DNA of 64,000 bases from an uncultured Faecalibacterium sp. (GCA_946411155.1 CAMKDB010000001.1:32363-96362); one strand, 5' to 3'; positions 8,677 to 19,117 are shown, counted from the first letter of the stretch. Notes: a model not told the origin generated them from the letters alone. Program-made: numbers and translations.

Positions 8677-11346
8677 ATGACTATTTGTCTTTTCCGTTTC
8701 TCCGGAGGCATACGATTGAGCAAGACGCTGAAAAAATATTTTCCCCTGTTTCTCGCCGGAGTCCTTCTACTGGTCTTTGTATCCGCTTACGTCAAAGGCG
8801 AGAAGGTCTCCTATTGCGTGTCATCGATTTCCAGCGGTTCTCTTTCCACTCTCACCTTTACGAAAGACTCCGTTTTTGAGGCAGACTGGAACATCCAGGT
8901 GGATTCCTTCGGAGGTTTCGGCGTCTCTTTGAAGTATCCTGCGGAGACGGTCATCACGGATCAGTCCGTACTGTGCACGATGACCTCGGAAACCGGCAAA
9001 AAAATCACGTCGGAAGCTATGATCCGGGCAATGGGATTCGTCGGAGACGGAGCCAATGAAGGCATGCTGATCTTTGATTTCAGAGATAATGAATTCCCGA
9101 AAGGGTCTTACCGGGTCGAACTGAGCGCGAGGAATTTTGCCGAGAGCGACTCTTTCCTTCTGCTCGTGCGCAACAAGTCCTACATGCTGTCTCCTGTCTC
9201 GGTGAATGGGGAACCGACAGAATCCTGTTATCTTTCCGGAAATCAGTATTACTCGCCTGCTTCCGAACGGAATAACAGAATCCTCTATTTTGCGATTGCC
9301 CTGCCATTTCTTTGCATCATCTGGTTCTTCATCCGTAAAGACGCTCCTCAGCGGGAAGTCGGTTCCTCAGCAGAACGGAAAGAAAAAAGGCGGTTTTCCA
9401 TGAAAGCCTTCGCCCTTCTTCTGATTCTTGTCCTGATCGAAGCGGTGTGTCTGGAGTACGCGTATTTCCGCGGGCTCGGCTTCGGAAGCAATCAGACCGA
9501 GTCCGTCAACAAAAAAGGATCCGTCTACATGACGCTTTTCCCCGGAGATACCGTGACCTGGGATACGGTCTCCTCCATGGACCGGTTCGCAGGGGTGACA
9601 GTCCAGATCAGTCCTCTCTATCAGGACGATCTTTCCGCGGTGCTGGAGATTCTTGACGCCGAAACCGGAGAAATTCTCGGAAGAGACGAGTTCGGTCCGG
9701 CTGATTTCATTCCTCCGGAGTCCGACAATCTGATCTCACTGAAGACGGAGCCGGTCGACGCTTCGGAAAACAGAAATCTGCGGATCCGCCTGTCTCTGCT
9801 CTCCGGAGATCTCGGTCTGCAGCTGCTGACGGAAAAAGGGGATGAGACCATTCCCTATTACACCAATCTTTATAACTCCTATTACTTCCTTGCCGGCTAT
9901 TTCAAGTGGATCGCTGTCCTGCTGATCCTCGGCACTGTCATCGCCTTTGTACTCGTGCAGGCAAATGCCCCGACAGAAATCATTTTTCTTGCGGTATATC
10001 TTCCGCTGCTGATTGTATTCTCAATGCTGATCAAGCCGATCTCCGTTCCGGATGAATATGCTCATATGGACATGGCGATCCAAGTCTCCAACAAACTGAT
10101 GGGTGTTCCGGACAGTCCCTTCCCCAACGTCCTGTACAAGGAAAAGGCTCTGATGCTCACTGATCCGATGACTTTCGCGCGTGTCGGCAAATGGTCCTAC
10201 CTTTCCGCCGTGGAGAGACTCGGCAAAGCAGCCAATTCCGACGGTGCGTATGCCCTTGTCTATTCCAGAGATCAGACCAAAGGCACTTCCATCCTGTATT
10301 TCCTGTTTTCCGGCATCGGTGTCTCCATAGGCAGAATGCTCGGGCTGGATTTCACCGGTATCGCCTATGCAGGACGGATCTGCAACCAGATTGCAGGGAC
10401 AATTCTGCTTTATCTGGCGATCCGGAAAGCCCGTCACCGGAAATATCTGTTTGCCTCACTGGCATGTATCCCCGTCGCGCTTCAGGAACTCTGTTCTATT
10501 GCTCCTGATGCCGTCCTGATGCCCGCCATCTTCCTGATGATCTCTCTCACTGCCTCCATGCTGACAGATCCCGATGGCTGTGATTACCGGGACGTTTTGC
10601 TTCTCCTGCTGCTGATGCTCATCGTTCCTCTCTGCAAAGGCGGCGCATATCTGCCGCTCCTGTTCCTTCCTGCCGGCGCAGTCATCCGGTTCTTCTCCGG
10701 AAAGCACAGCAAAGTCCGGTTTCCGCGCTATGTGAAGATCCTGCTCAGCATCCTGCTGATCGTTGCCATTCTGTCCATCGGATTCTTCTTCACCAGCGCA
10801 CTGCGCACCAAACTGACTGCAACACAGTCCGGCTCCTATTCAGCCAGGAGAGCATCCGAAACGTATACCCTCTCTTATCTGATCACCCACCCGGGAACGC
10901 TCTTCCGTCTCCTCGAAGGTACCTTATACTATGAGACCCCCTACCACTTGTTCAACTGGGCAGGCAGAGGTCTCGGCTGGATCCGCGGTATTCATCTCGG
11001 TTACGGCGTACAGTTGCTTTACTTCTTCCTTTTCTCTTATCTCCTGCTCTCGTCCGATGAAGACTATTCGCTGTCCGGCAAAGCCTCCGTTGTCGCAATG
11101 CTGTCCGTTATTCTGAGTTTCGGCGCATTCGCCGCGGCGATGGCGTCCGGATGGACACGGTTCGGCGAATTGTATATCGACGGCATGCAAGGCAGGTATT
11201 ACCTTCCTTTTGCTCCGTTCCTTTTCCTGACCGCCTTCCCCGAACGGCTGCGGCTGCGCCGCCAGCCTGACGGTTTTGCTCTCATTGCCTGCAGCGTATT
11301 CGGAGCGATCGCGGCAGGAAGTTTCGTTATCTCCGTTCTTAAATGA
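8677..11346 (+). CDS. large polytopic membrane protein, DUF2142-like (GT-C-like putative glycosyltransferase)
   Basis: The ISVPDEYAHMDMA (PDE..H) motif sits at the start of a long multi-helix block, preceded by two predicted soluble segments that each follow a TM helix. The start is more likely the in-frame TTG at 8716, which lies 7 nt after GGAGG. Confidence 0.65.
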   Translation: MTICLFRFSGGIRLSKTLKKYFPLFLAGVLLLVFVSAYVKGEKVSYCVSSISSGSLSTLTFTKDSVFEADWNIQVDSFGGFGVSLKYPAETVITDQSVLCTMTSETGKKITSEAMIRAMGFVGDGANEGMLIFDFRDNEFPKGSYRVELSARNFAESDSFLLLVRNKSYMLSPVSVNGEPTESCYLSGNQYYSPASERNNRILYFAIALPFLCIIWFFIRKDAPQREVGSSAERKEKRRFSMKAFALLLILVLIEAVCLEYAYFRGLGFGSNQTESVNKKGSVYMTLFPGDTVTWDTVSSMDRFAGVTVQISPLYQDDLSAVLEILDAETGEILGRDEFGPADFIPPESDNLISLKTEPVDASENRNLRIRLSLLSGDLGLQLLTEKGDETIPYYTNLYNSYYFLAGYFKWIAVLLILGTVIAFVLVQANAPTEIIFLAVYLPLLIVFSMLIKPISVPDEYAHMDMAIQVSNKLMGVPDSPFPNVLYKEKALMLTDPMTFARVGKWSYLSAVERLGKAANSDGAYALVYSRDQTKGTSILYFLFSGIGVSIGRMLGLDFTGIAYAGRICNQIAGTILLYLAIRKARHRKYLFASLACIPVALQELCSIAPDAVLMPAIFLMISLTASMLTDPDGCDYRDVLLLLLLMLIVPLCKGGAYLPLLFLPAGAVIRFFSGKHSKVRFPRYVKILLSILLIVAILSIGFFFTSALRTKLTATQSGSYSARRASETYTLSYLITHPGTLFRLLEGTLYYETPYHLFNWAGRGLGWIRGIHLGYGVQLLYFFLFSYLLLSSDEDYSLSGKASVVAMLSVILSFGAFAAAMASGWTRFGELYIDGMQGRYYLPFAPFLFLTAFPERLRLRRQPDGFALIACSVFGAIAAGSFVISVLK

Positions 11347-12272
11347 GGCCATTCATGATTTCTGTCCTGATGACAACTTACCGGGAACCGCTGGAGATCC
11401 TCCGTGCTTCTGTGGAATCGATCCTTTCGCAGACATACAGGGATCTCGAGTTCATCGTGATCCTAGACGATCCGGACAATCAACCGGCGAAGGATCTGCT
11501 CTTCTCCTTAGCGGAAACTGACCCCCGTCTCAAGATCGAAATCAACGCCTCGAATCTGAAACAGCGAAAATCTCTGAACCGCGCTCTGGAACTGGCAACG
11601 GGGGAGTATATCGCCCGGATGGATGCGGATGATATCTCTCTTCCCGAACGTCTGGAACTACAGCTGGACTTCCTGATCCGTAACAATCTGGATCTGATCG
11701 GCGGTCTCGTACAGATCATGGACGAAAAGGGGAATGACATGTACATGGTCTCCCGCACGCCTTCCTCCCCTGAGAAGGTCCGCCGACTCAGCAGACTTGG
11801 GGATTGTCTGGCACACCCTACCTGGCTTGGGAAAAGGGAAGTATTCGTGACTTTGGATGGGTATCGGGATCTGCCCTGCGCGGCAGATTACGATCTGCAG
11901 CTGCGCGCACTCATGAAGGGGTACCGTCTTTCCAATCTTCAGGCGCCGGTCCTCCGTTACCGCAGGACGTCATCCGGAATCTCCCAGCGGAATCTTTACC
12001 GCCAGTATCTGACGATGTGTGTACTGGCGGAGATGTACCGTTCGAACACCGAACTGAGCGTGGAGGAAATCCTGTCCCGCGTTGACGACCGTTATTCGGA
12101 ACCTGTCGCCGCAAGATACACCAAGGCGGAGACCTGCTTCTTCAAAGCGCTATCCGACGCTTCCGACCGGAACATTCCCGCTTTTCTTTTCAATGCGGTC
12201 CAAATCCCGTTCCTCTCTCTTCGCTACTGCGACAAAGCAATCCGCTTCCTCCTGCTCTTCCTATTCTCCTGA
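11343..12272 (+). CDS. family 2 glycosyltransferase
   Basis: ISVLMTTYREP ... ARMDADDISLPERL (GT-A fold with DxD). ATGA overlap with the upstream stop. Confidence 0.85.
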   Translation: MRPFMISVLMTTYREPLEILRASVESILSQTYRDLEFIVILDDPDNQPAKDLLFSLAETDPRLKIEINASNLKQRKSLNRALELATGEYIARMDADDISLPERLELQLDFLIRNNLDLIGGLVQIMDEKGNDMYMVSRTPSSPEKVRRLSRLGDCLAHPTWLGKREVFVTLDGYRDLPCAADYDLQLRALMKGYRLSNLQAPVLRYRRTSSGISQRNLYRQYLTMCVLAEMYRSNTELSVEEILSRVDDRYSEPVAARYTKAETCFFKALSDASDRNIPAFLFNAVQIPFLSLRYCDKAIRFLLLFLFS

Positions 12273-12286
12273 CCGGAGGTCTTTTT

Positions 12287-13189
12287 GTGATCATTTACTA
12301 CGACAACGGACACCTGCCGCTTTTCCGGGATCTGTTCCGGAACTGCGGATCCGGGTGGAGTACACAGCACCGGAGCGACATTGCACGGTTTCTGGATCTG
12401 TTCTTCAGGAAGAAAAAGCTTCCGTCTTTTATTGACGAACTTCTGTTCCGTCCTCTTCCCAAGGATTGCGATGATCTGGTCATCGTATTCGATTCGATGA
12501 CGACCGCCCGTTATCTGAACTGGCTTTCACGGACTTATCCGGAGAAGCGGATCATCCTCTGGTTCTGGAACAGAGTCACGGATATCACACGATTCGAAGG
12601 ACTCGACCCGAAGGTGGAAATCTGGTCCTACAGCCCACAGGACTGTGATCAATTCGGTCTTCGTTATAACACGCCGTTCTACTTCGACTGTCTGGAAACA
12701 TCCTGCCCCGGAAATGACCGATCCGTTCTTTTCGTAGGGCGTGAAAAGGGAAGGGGAGCAATGTTGGAAGAGATCCGCTGTGCCCTTTCGGGAAGCGGAT
12801 ATACGCTCCGGACGCATCTCGTACACCAGCTTCCCTTTGGATTTGACGATCCCTTCCGCTCTTCGTTCCTCTCCTATGAGCAGAATCTCGAACTCGTCAA
12901 AAACTGTTCTGCCATCCTGGATCTCACCGCCTCCGCCAATGCGGGGCCATCTCTCCGTGTGATGGAATCCCTGTTTTTCGGCAAAAAACTGATCACCGAC
13001 AATCTTTCTGTCGGTGACCTGCCGTTTTATAATCCGGAAAATATCTATCTGATGGGAAAAGACCGCCGCGCTCTGTCGGATTTTCTGGATGCTCCATGCG
13101 CCGCGGCAGATCCCTCTGTCCAATCGGACTATCTTTTTTCACACTGGATCACCCGGTTCACGGAGAAAACACCCACCGATGTATCCTGA
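12287..13189 (+). CDS. uncharacterised protein in the glycosyltransferase operon (possible GT-B-like C-terminal half)
   Basis: GTG start 7 nt after GGAGG (12275-12279). Contains VLFVGREKGRG and PSLRVMESLFFGKKLITDN. No family recognised with confidence. Confidence 0.55.
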   Translation: MIIYYDNGHLPLFRDLFRNCGSGWSTQHRSDIARFLDLFFRKKKLPSFIDELLFRPLPKDCDDLVIVFDSMTTARYLNWLSRTYPEKRIILWFWNRVTDITRFEGLDPKVEIWSYSPQDCDQFGLRYNTPFYFDCLETSCPGNDRSVLFVGREKGRGAMLEEIRCALSGSGYTLRTHLVHQLPFGFDDPFRSSFLSYEQNLELVKNCSAILDLTASANAGPSLRVMESLFFGKKLITDNLSVGDLPFYNPENIYLMGKDRRALSDFLDAPCAAADPSVQSDYLFSHWITRFTEKTPTDVS

Positions 13190-14114
13190 ACATTTCAACA
13201 ATGACGCCCTTCACTCGCTGAAGGAACTGGAACTGCAGACCCGGAAGTACAAGGATTCTTCCGGGCTTTCGGCGTTTCAGGCTCTTTTGGAAAAACTCCG
13301 CACCGGGGATCTGACCTCCGTTTTCCGCGCGCTGATTTTGAGAACTCTCGGGCTGGAATCCGGAAAACACGCCCGCCAGCCGATCAGTTATGAACCGGAA
13401 GATTATGTTTCCGACAGGCGGATCGCCGTATTCATCGCCATGTTCGGCGGATATGATACCGTCCGCGATCCTCTGGTATTTCCGGACAACGTGGATTACT
13501 ACCTGATCACTGACAGCAATACCGGCGTCAAGAAGTGGAACCTGCTGGATCCGTCCGGTCTTCTTCCGGAGGAACTGACTTCTCCGGCGGAAAAAAACCG
13601 CTGGTGCAGGATGCATCCGCACCTGATCTTTCCGGACCACGACGTCTCGATCTACGTGGATTCTTCGACCCTCATCACATCGGATCTTACTCCGCTGACC
13701 AAGGATCTGTCCGTTTTTCCTGTGCAGCTCTTTGCGCATAAGGACAGAGACTGTGTCTATCAGGAACTGACCGCCTGCGGTATCAAGGGAAAGATGCCCT
13801 CCCGTGCGGCGGAGCAGCAGAAACGTTATCTGTCCGGGCTCGGCGTTCCACACCACAGCGGGCTTCTGGAGACGCCTGTCGTCGTCCAGGACCTGCATTC
13901 CGCTGAGGCCGCCAGGGTGGCCGAGACCTGGTGGGAAGAATATCTCCGTTTCCCTTACCGCGATCAGCCCGCGCTGGTCTCCGCCCTTTGGAAACTGGGA
14001 ATCGCTCCGGAACAGGCGTCAATGCTGGGGACGGATCTGAGGAACTGCGATCTGTTCGTACGTCTGCCCCACGGCCTGACAGAGAACATCAGTCTGAATG
14101 GAGGGGAGCCATGA
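13179..14114 (+). CDS. DUF616 (TOD1/MUCI70-like) putative glycosyltransferase
   Basis: IAVFIAMFGGYDT, DYYLITDS and NRWCRMHPHLIFPDHDVSIYVDSS match the DUF616 pattern. The internal ATG at 13179 was chosen, giving an 11-nt overlap with the upstream gene. The track ORF starts earlier, inside the upstream gene. Confidence 0.7.
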   Translation: MYPEHFNNDALHSLKELELQTRKYKDSSGLSAFQALLEKLRTGDLTSVFRALILRTLGLESGKHARQPISYEPEDYVSDRRIAVFIAMFGGYDTVRDPLVFPDNVDYYLITDSNTGVKKWNLLDPSGLLPEELTSPAEKNRWCRMHPHLIFPDHDVSIYVDSSTLITSDLTPLTKDLSVFPVQLFAHKDRDCVYQELTACGIKGKMPSRAAEQQKRYLSGLGVPHHSGLLETPVVVQDLHSAEAARVAETWWEEYLRFPYRDQPALVSALWKLGIAPEQASMLGTDLRNCDLFVRLPHGLTENISLNGGEP

Positions 14115-15010
14115 GCAAGACCGTTTTTGCCGTACTTCATTTTCTTTCTCCGGAAACAACGATTCGCGCCGTGGACCTTGTCCTGTCTCTCCCGCTGAGC
14201 AATTCCGATGAAGTCCGTGTCGTGATTGCAGACAATCATTCTCCCGATGGGAGCGGTCCGCTGCTGAAGGACCATTACCGGTCTGACAGCCGCGTCGACG
14301 TACTTCTCCTGAAAGAAAACATGGGGTTTGCCCGCGGAAACAACGAAGCGTTCCGCTGGATCCGGGACAAATACGATCCGGATTATCTTGTATTCCTAAA
14401 CAACGATGTCCTGATCGATCAGTCCGACTTCTTGGAAACACTGGACCGGATCTATCAGCATGAACCGTTCGATGTACTCGGTCCCGACATCCGCTGTCCG
14501 GACGGCACACACCAGAACCCAGCCCATCTGAAGGGCTTTACAAAAAAAGAACTGGTCCTGCGCAAGCGCAGAAACCAGTTGCGGAACCGTATTTTCCCCG
14601 TTGCCTTTCTCCTTGACCGTATCAGAGGCCTATACCGAAGAGCGGAAGCTGCTCTTCTGAAAAAGGACTCCCTCCCGAAAAGGTCCGTGCCTCCCGCTGC
14701 ACAGGACGCAGTCCTGCACGGCGCATGCATGGTCTTCTCTGCCCGTTTCTGCCGGGCGCGGAAATATGCTTTCCATCCCGGAACGTTTCTGTATTTTGAA
14801 GAGGAGATCTTGTGGCTGGAATGCCATACCGGAGGATTCCGGATGTGCTATGACCCATCCCTGAGCGTCACTCATCTGAACGACGTATCCTCCGATACCT
14901 ACTGGCAGAGCCTATACCGCAAGGAAAAATATAAAAATGAGCAGATCGGCCATTCTCTGGATATCATGCTGGATCTGTATGACCGTTCTGGCGTCTCCGA
15001 CCATCAGTGA
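14111..15010 (+). CDS. family 2 glycosyltransferase (rhamnosyltransferase-like)
   Basis: VVIADNHSPDGSG, MGFARGNNEAF and LVFLNNDVLI. The ATG at 14111 forms ATGA with the upstream stop. Confidence 0.8.
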   Translation: MSKTVFAVLHFLSPETTIRAVDLVLSLPLSNSDEVRVVIADNHSPDGSGPLLKDHYRSDSRVDVLLLKENMGFARGNNEAFRWIRDKYDPDYLVFLNNDVLIDQSDFLETLDRIYQHEPFDVLGPDIRCPDGTHQNPAHLKGFTKKELVLRKRRNQLRNRIFPVAFLLDRIRGLYRRAEAALLKKDSLPKRSVPPAAQDAVLHGACMVFSARFCRARKYAFHPGTFLYFEEEILWLECHTGGFRMCYDPSLSVTHLNDVSSDTYWQSLYRKEKYKNEQIGHSLDIMLDLYDRSGVSDHQ

Positions 15011-15873
15011 CTTTTCCGCTTACCGAGGATCTCATCCCGATATTCCCGGTAATCCCGATGAATATCCACGATATCGACGCCTTCATCCGCGAATTTCAGT
15101 ACACGCTTGGATTCAGGCGGCAGTTTCATATAATCCCCGTACATGACCGTCAGCAGCGCGTCATATTCTTTCGGGATCCGGAACAGTTCGCCCTCAAACG
15201 GCTTCAGTATCGAATCTTTCCACTGGGCAGAACGGTATTTCGGGAAGAAATACGAGGTATCCACCGAGCATACCCTTTCCGTGCTGGTCGGGGATAGATA
15301 CGCCCATCGGATCGCAGTTTCGGCAGCGGCATTTCTCAGAAACTCCGGAATCATTTTCCAGATCCGCGTTTTCCAGTCTTTTGCCCCCTCATATCGCACA
15401 CGGCAGTTGAGACTGCGCGCACCGCGCGCAAACCGCATTGCCGCCTGCTGTCGTTCAATACCTTTCCTTGTATCTCTTGTCCCGATCATTGGATAGATGT
15501 CGATGCATATCCCCTGATGGATCTTCCGTTCGATATAATCCATACGGATTGCGGTCGTTCCGTCGATGCAGACTCTGGCGAACAGTCTGGGATAGTCCCT
15601 GTTATTGCCGTAATGCTGAAGTTCGTATCCGGGGGAGAGTTCTTTCGGTGCGATCTTCAAAAAGCGTTTGTAATCATCCAGCGGCATCGTCAGATCGATA
15701 TCATTATCCCACGGGATAAATCCGCCGTGTCGGATGCACCCCAACAACGTTCCGCAATACAGGAAATAGGTCAGATCATGAGCCTCGCATACCCGCCTGA
15801 TCTCGACCAGTGCCTTCAGCAGTATTCCGTGCAGTTCATCAATTTCTTGCTGCGTGATCGCCGTCTGATTCAT
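15004..15873 (-). CDS. LicD-family phosphotransferase (phosphocholine / polyol-phosphate transferase family)
   Basis: YFLYCGTLLGCIRHGGFIPWDNDIDLTMP, the LicD signature with DxD. Confidence 0.85.
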   Translation of the reverse strand: MNQTAITQQEIDELHGILLKALVEIRRVCEAHDLTYFLYCGTLLGCIRHGGFIPWDNDIDLTMPLDDYKRFLKIAPKELSPGYELQHYGNNRDYPRLFARVCIDGTTAIRMDYIERKIHQGICIDIYPMIGTRDTRKGIERQQAAMRFARGARSLNCRVRYEGAKDWKTRIWKMIPEFLRNAAAETAIRWAYLSPTSTERVCSVDTSYFFPKYRSAQWKDSILKPFEGELFRIPKEYDALLTVMYGDYMKLPPESKRVLKFADEGVDIVDIHRDYREYRDEILGKRKSH

Positions 15874-15905
15874 TTTGAAACCTCAGCCTTGACCCTGTAC
15901 GGGTC

Positions 15906-16955
15906 TTATTTTTTTGCTCCGTTTTTATATTGAGCGAACCACCGCGCAAACCGATCCAGTCCATCTTCAATATTCACAGACGGTTTAATCCCATAATCAT
16001 TCAGCAGGCCGGAACTGTCCGCACAAGTGATTTCCGGGTCTCCAGCCTGTTTTCCGACCAAATCGACACGATCCCAGAGAGAAAAATCCGTAGGCAGCGC
16101 GCCGTAACGAATCAGACTGTCCGACAGGATACGAACGAAGTCTGTCATCAGCACGGGATTCTCATTGCCGATGTTATATACCCGGTAAGGCGTCTCCATC
16201 GCATCAAACAGTTCTTTGCTCTTCCCGGACAGCAAAATCTGCTCCAGTGCGGACACCACATCGTCGATATATGTAAAGTCGCGTTTACATCTGCCCTCAT
16301 CAAACAGGGAAATATTCTTTCCGGACATCCAGGTCTCGGAAAAATGGTAATACGCCATATCCGGCCGGCCTGCCGGACCGTAGACAGAGAAGAACCGAAG
16401 CGCAGTCATCGGAAGACCAAAGCATTTGCTGTATGCATAGCCCATTACTTCGTTCGTCTTCTTTGTCGCTGCATAAAAAGAGACCGGATGGTCCGTATCC
16501 TGCTCCGGCTCAAAGGGAACGTCTCTGCTGTCTCCGTAGACCGATGAGGAAGACGCGAACACCAGATGCCCGACATGATACTCCCGACAGGATTCCAGTA
16601 TGTTGAAAAAACCGATCACATTGGAGGCAAGGTAAACCTCCGGCTCGCGAAGTGATCGCCGAACACCTGCCTGAGCGGCAAGATTGACGACCAGTTCCGG
16701 TCTGTGCTCGTCAAATACTGCCCGGACCTTTTCCCGGTCTTCCAGCTCTCCGGACACAAAGGTCCATCTGCCTTCGCTTTCTGGTAAAGCGCCGATCATA
16801 TCAAGCCGATATTCCTTCAGAGATACCGGGTAATACGGATTCAGGTTGTCATATCCGACAACGCTGATTTCCGGATGGTCTTTCAGCAGGCGCATCGTCA
16901 GCCAGCTTCCGATAAAGCCTGCCGCTCCGGTAACCAGTATCTTTTTTGTCTGCAT
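15906..16955 (-). CDS. NAD-dependent nucleotide-sugar epimerase (UDP-glucuronate 4-epimerase-like SDR)
   Basis: ILVTGAAGFIGSWL Rossmann motif and the YAATK catalytic YxxxK. Confidence 0.85.
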   Translation of the reverse strand: MQTKKILVTGAAGFIGSWLTMRLLKDHPEISVVGYDNLNPYYPVSLKEYRLDMIGALPESEGRWTFVSGELEDREKVRAVFDEHRPELVVNLAAQAGVRRSLREPEVYLASNVIGFFNILESCREYHVGHLVFASSSSVYGDSRDVPFEPEQDTDHPVSFYAATKKTNEVMGYAYSKCFGLPMTALRFFSVYGPAGRPDMAYYHFSETWMSGKNISLFDEGRCKRDFTYIDDVVSALEQILLSGKSKELFDAMETPYRVYNIGNENPVLMTDFVRILSDSLIRYGALPTDFSLWDRVDLVGKQAGDPEITCADSSGLLNDYGIKPSVNIEDGLDRFARWFAQYKNGAKK

Positions 16956-17033
16956 ATTTTTTGGACTCCTGTCATTTTCTGTTCTTTATGATACGTTTTT
17001 TCCAGTTTTCAGTAAAGGAAAAAACTGACACGG

Positions 17034-18425
17034 TCATTCCTGTCTGCTGAATACAGAATGCGCCCATCCTGCGCGTGCCGTATATGCAGCATACCCGGCG
17101 CAGAGAATCAGATTATGCGCAATCATGCATGCCCATGCGGCTTCCAGGCCGTAGCCGAATAGTTTCGTACAAACGGTCGTCCCTCCGATCCGGATACACC
17201 ACATCCCGAGCAGGTTCAGAATGAAGGGAAAACGCGTCTCTCCCGCACCCTGGAGCATGCCTTCCAGAACGATCGATGCGCCAAAGAAGGGTTCGGAGCA
17301 AGCGACCATCCGAAGGACCGTGCTGCCCAGACAGATGACCTCCGGATCATCGGCGAACAGAGAGACCATCTGCGGCGCATATGCAAACAGCAGAGAACCG
17401 GTCAGAATCATCAGAGATACTTCGATAAAAAGGATCATCCGCCGCATATCTCTGAACCGTTCAGGATCTCTGGCTCCGATCGCGTTTCCTGTCAGCGTCG
17501 CCGCAGCTGTCATCATGCCGAAACCAGGAACATAGAACGCCGATTCCACAGTATTCGCAACGGTGTTCGCCGCCGTCGACACTTCACCGAGCGAGTTGAT
17601 GAGGGAAGCGAAGACAACATATCCGAGGGATGATCCGAACCGCTGGAGCATATTGGGCAACGCAACGGTAAGACACGGTTTCAGAATGTCCCAGTCCACA
17701 CGCACTTTGATTCCAATCGGGGAGATCTCCGGATGGTGAAGCACGCCCACGATGATCGCGATCCCGCCGAAAAGATATGCCGCGGCACTCGCCGCAGCAG
17801 CGCCGAGCACGCCCATTCCCGCACCATGCAGATAGACCTCTCTTCCGAATACCGCAACAGTTCTGCTCTCCGGAATCAGGAAAAAGTTCAGAACCACATT
17901 CAGCAGGTTCGTATAGATTCCGACACGCATCGGCGTTCTGGAATCTCCAAAAGCACGCAACACGGTACCAAGGATACTTGTCGCCGTGCGGGGAAGCATG
18001 GCACAGTACAATATAAAGAAATAACGGGAAGCCAGATCCTGTATCGCCGGATCGACATGCATCCAGACAGGCACTTTTCTGCTGACGGAAAGAAGGAGCG
18101 CAGTGAACAGACTTCCCACCACCAGGATCATAATGAAAGCCTGCATGACAGCCTTGCGGGCAGTCTGATAGTCTTTCCTTCCGCATGCCTGAGAAATATA
18201 CGCGAGGAAACCTACGCCAAATGCAGACAGCGAACTGAGCACCAGCCAGTTCACGGTCGAAGTGGATCCGACCGCTGCGGTCGCACTCGTTCCGAGCGCA
18301 CCGACCATCGCTGTATCAAAATACTGGACCGCCGTCCCGAGGAGTTCCTCAAGGATCGTCGGCCACGCCAGGGAAAAAACGACAGGCAGCAATGACCAGT
18401 CGAGAAATCTGCGCTTTTTCTCCAT
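17034..18425 (-). CDS. MATE family efflux transporter
   Basis: Polytopic protein of about 12 helices with WPTILEELLGTAVQYFDTAMVGALG. The start was taken at MEKKRRF (18425), which is preceded by GGAGG. Confidence 0.85.
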   Translation of the reverse strand: MEKKRRFLDWSLLPVVFSLAWPTILEELLGTAVQYFDTAMVGALGTSATAAVGSTSTVNWLVLSSLSAFGVGFLAYISQACGRKDYQTARKAVMQAFIMILVVGSLFTALLLSVSRKVPVWMHVDPAIQDLASRYFFILYCAMLPRTATSILGTVLRAFGDSRTPMRVGIYTNLLNVVLNFFLIPESRTVAVFGREVYLHGAGMGVLGAAAASAAAYLFGGIAIIVGVLHHPEISPIGIKVRVDWDILKPCLTVALPNMLQRFGSSLGYVVFASLINSLGEVSTAANTVANTVESAFYVPGFGMMTAAATLTGNAIGARDPERFRDMRRMILFIEVSLMILTGSLLFAYAPQMVSLFADDPEVICLGSTVLRMVACSEPFFGASIVLEGMLQGAGETRFPFILNLLGMWCIRIGGTTVCTKLFGYGLEAAWACMIAHNLILCAGYAAYTARAGWAHSVFSRQE

Positions 18426-18603
18426 GAAAAACCTCCGGTTATTTCTCACAAATGACGAAAACACAATACCAATTTTGCCCCTGTTTGTCCATGGACATCG
18501 GTTCCTTACCGCGCAGGTTTCCTGTTAGTTTCCGCACCTCCCTTGGAAAAATAAGGAAAAAATGTTATTTAATACAGAAGAAACACGCTTCTGGAGGTTT
18601 GAT

Positions 18604-19068
18604 ATGCCGCACATTCTGGTTTGTTCCGTCTTTGACGCTTTTGAATACTGCATGGATCATTATGCTCCTTTCGGTCTGGAAGAATTCGCGGAACGAAAAG
18701 ACCGCTATGCGGTCATCTCGATCCAGGATTCCCATACCGGTGGCTTCGGCATCCGCTTCTGTGAGAGCGCATCCTGCACCGGCGCACTGACGCTCCTGTT
18801 CGACGATATCATCCGTCCGGTCGACGGCGCTGTGTTCTTTTCTGCGGAACATGCCGACAGGATCATTGATTTCGCTCTTGCGCATCAGGACGCAGATACC
18901 ATCCTCGTTCATTGCTATGCCGGCGAATCCCGTTCCCGGGCGGTTGGAGGATTTCTTGAGAAGTTGTTCGGTGCTGAACGTTCCCGTTATCTTGATACCG
19001 GAAGTCCGAATGAAGCCATCCTCCGGACTTTGAATGAGCAATGGGTATTGCGGTCTGACCATTTATAA
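18604..19068 (+). CDS. small Cys-based phosphatase-like protein (CX5R; COG5350-like predicted protein tyrosine phosphatase)
   Basis: LVHCYAGESRSRAVG contains HC-x5-R-S. The start at MPHILVC (18604) is preceded by GGAGG. Confidence 0.6.
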   Translation: MPHILVCSVFDAFEYCMDHYAPFGLEEFAERKDRYAVISIQDSHTGGFGIRFCESASCTGALTLLFDDIIRPVDGAVFFSAEHADRIIDFALAHQDADTILVHCYAGESRSRAVGGFLEKLFGAERSRYLDTGSPNEAILRTLNEQWVLRSDHL

Positions 19069-19073
19069 AACAC

Positions 19074-19105
19074 AAAAGCGGGTTCCTTCCGAACCCGCTT
19101 TTTTC
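19074..19105. terminator. hairpin terminator between convergent genes
   Basis: AGCGGGTTC cttcc GAACCCGCT followed by TTTTT, with AAAA on the 5' side. Confidence 0.7.
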
Positions 19106-19117
19106 TTATTTGTCTGA

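Noticed and set aside
13158-13898. 246-aa minus-strand ORF
   Set aside because: It is antisense to the DUF616 gene, whose frame carries the family motifs.
15885-15912. Hairpin GACCCTGTACGGGTC followed by a plus-strand T-run, considered as a terminator
   Set aside because: It lies between two co-directional minus-strand genes (epimerase and licD). The T-run is on the wrong strand for them, and no plus-strand gene precedes it.
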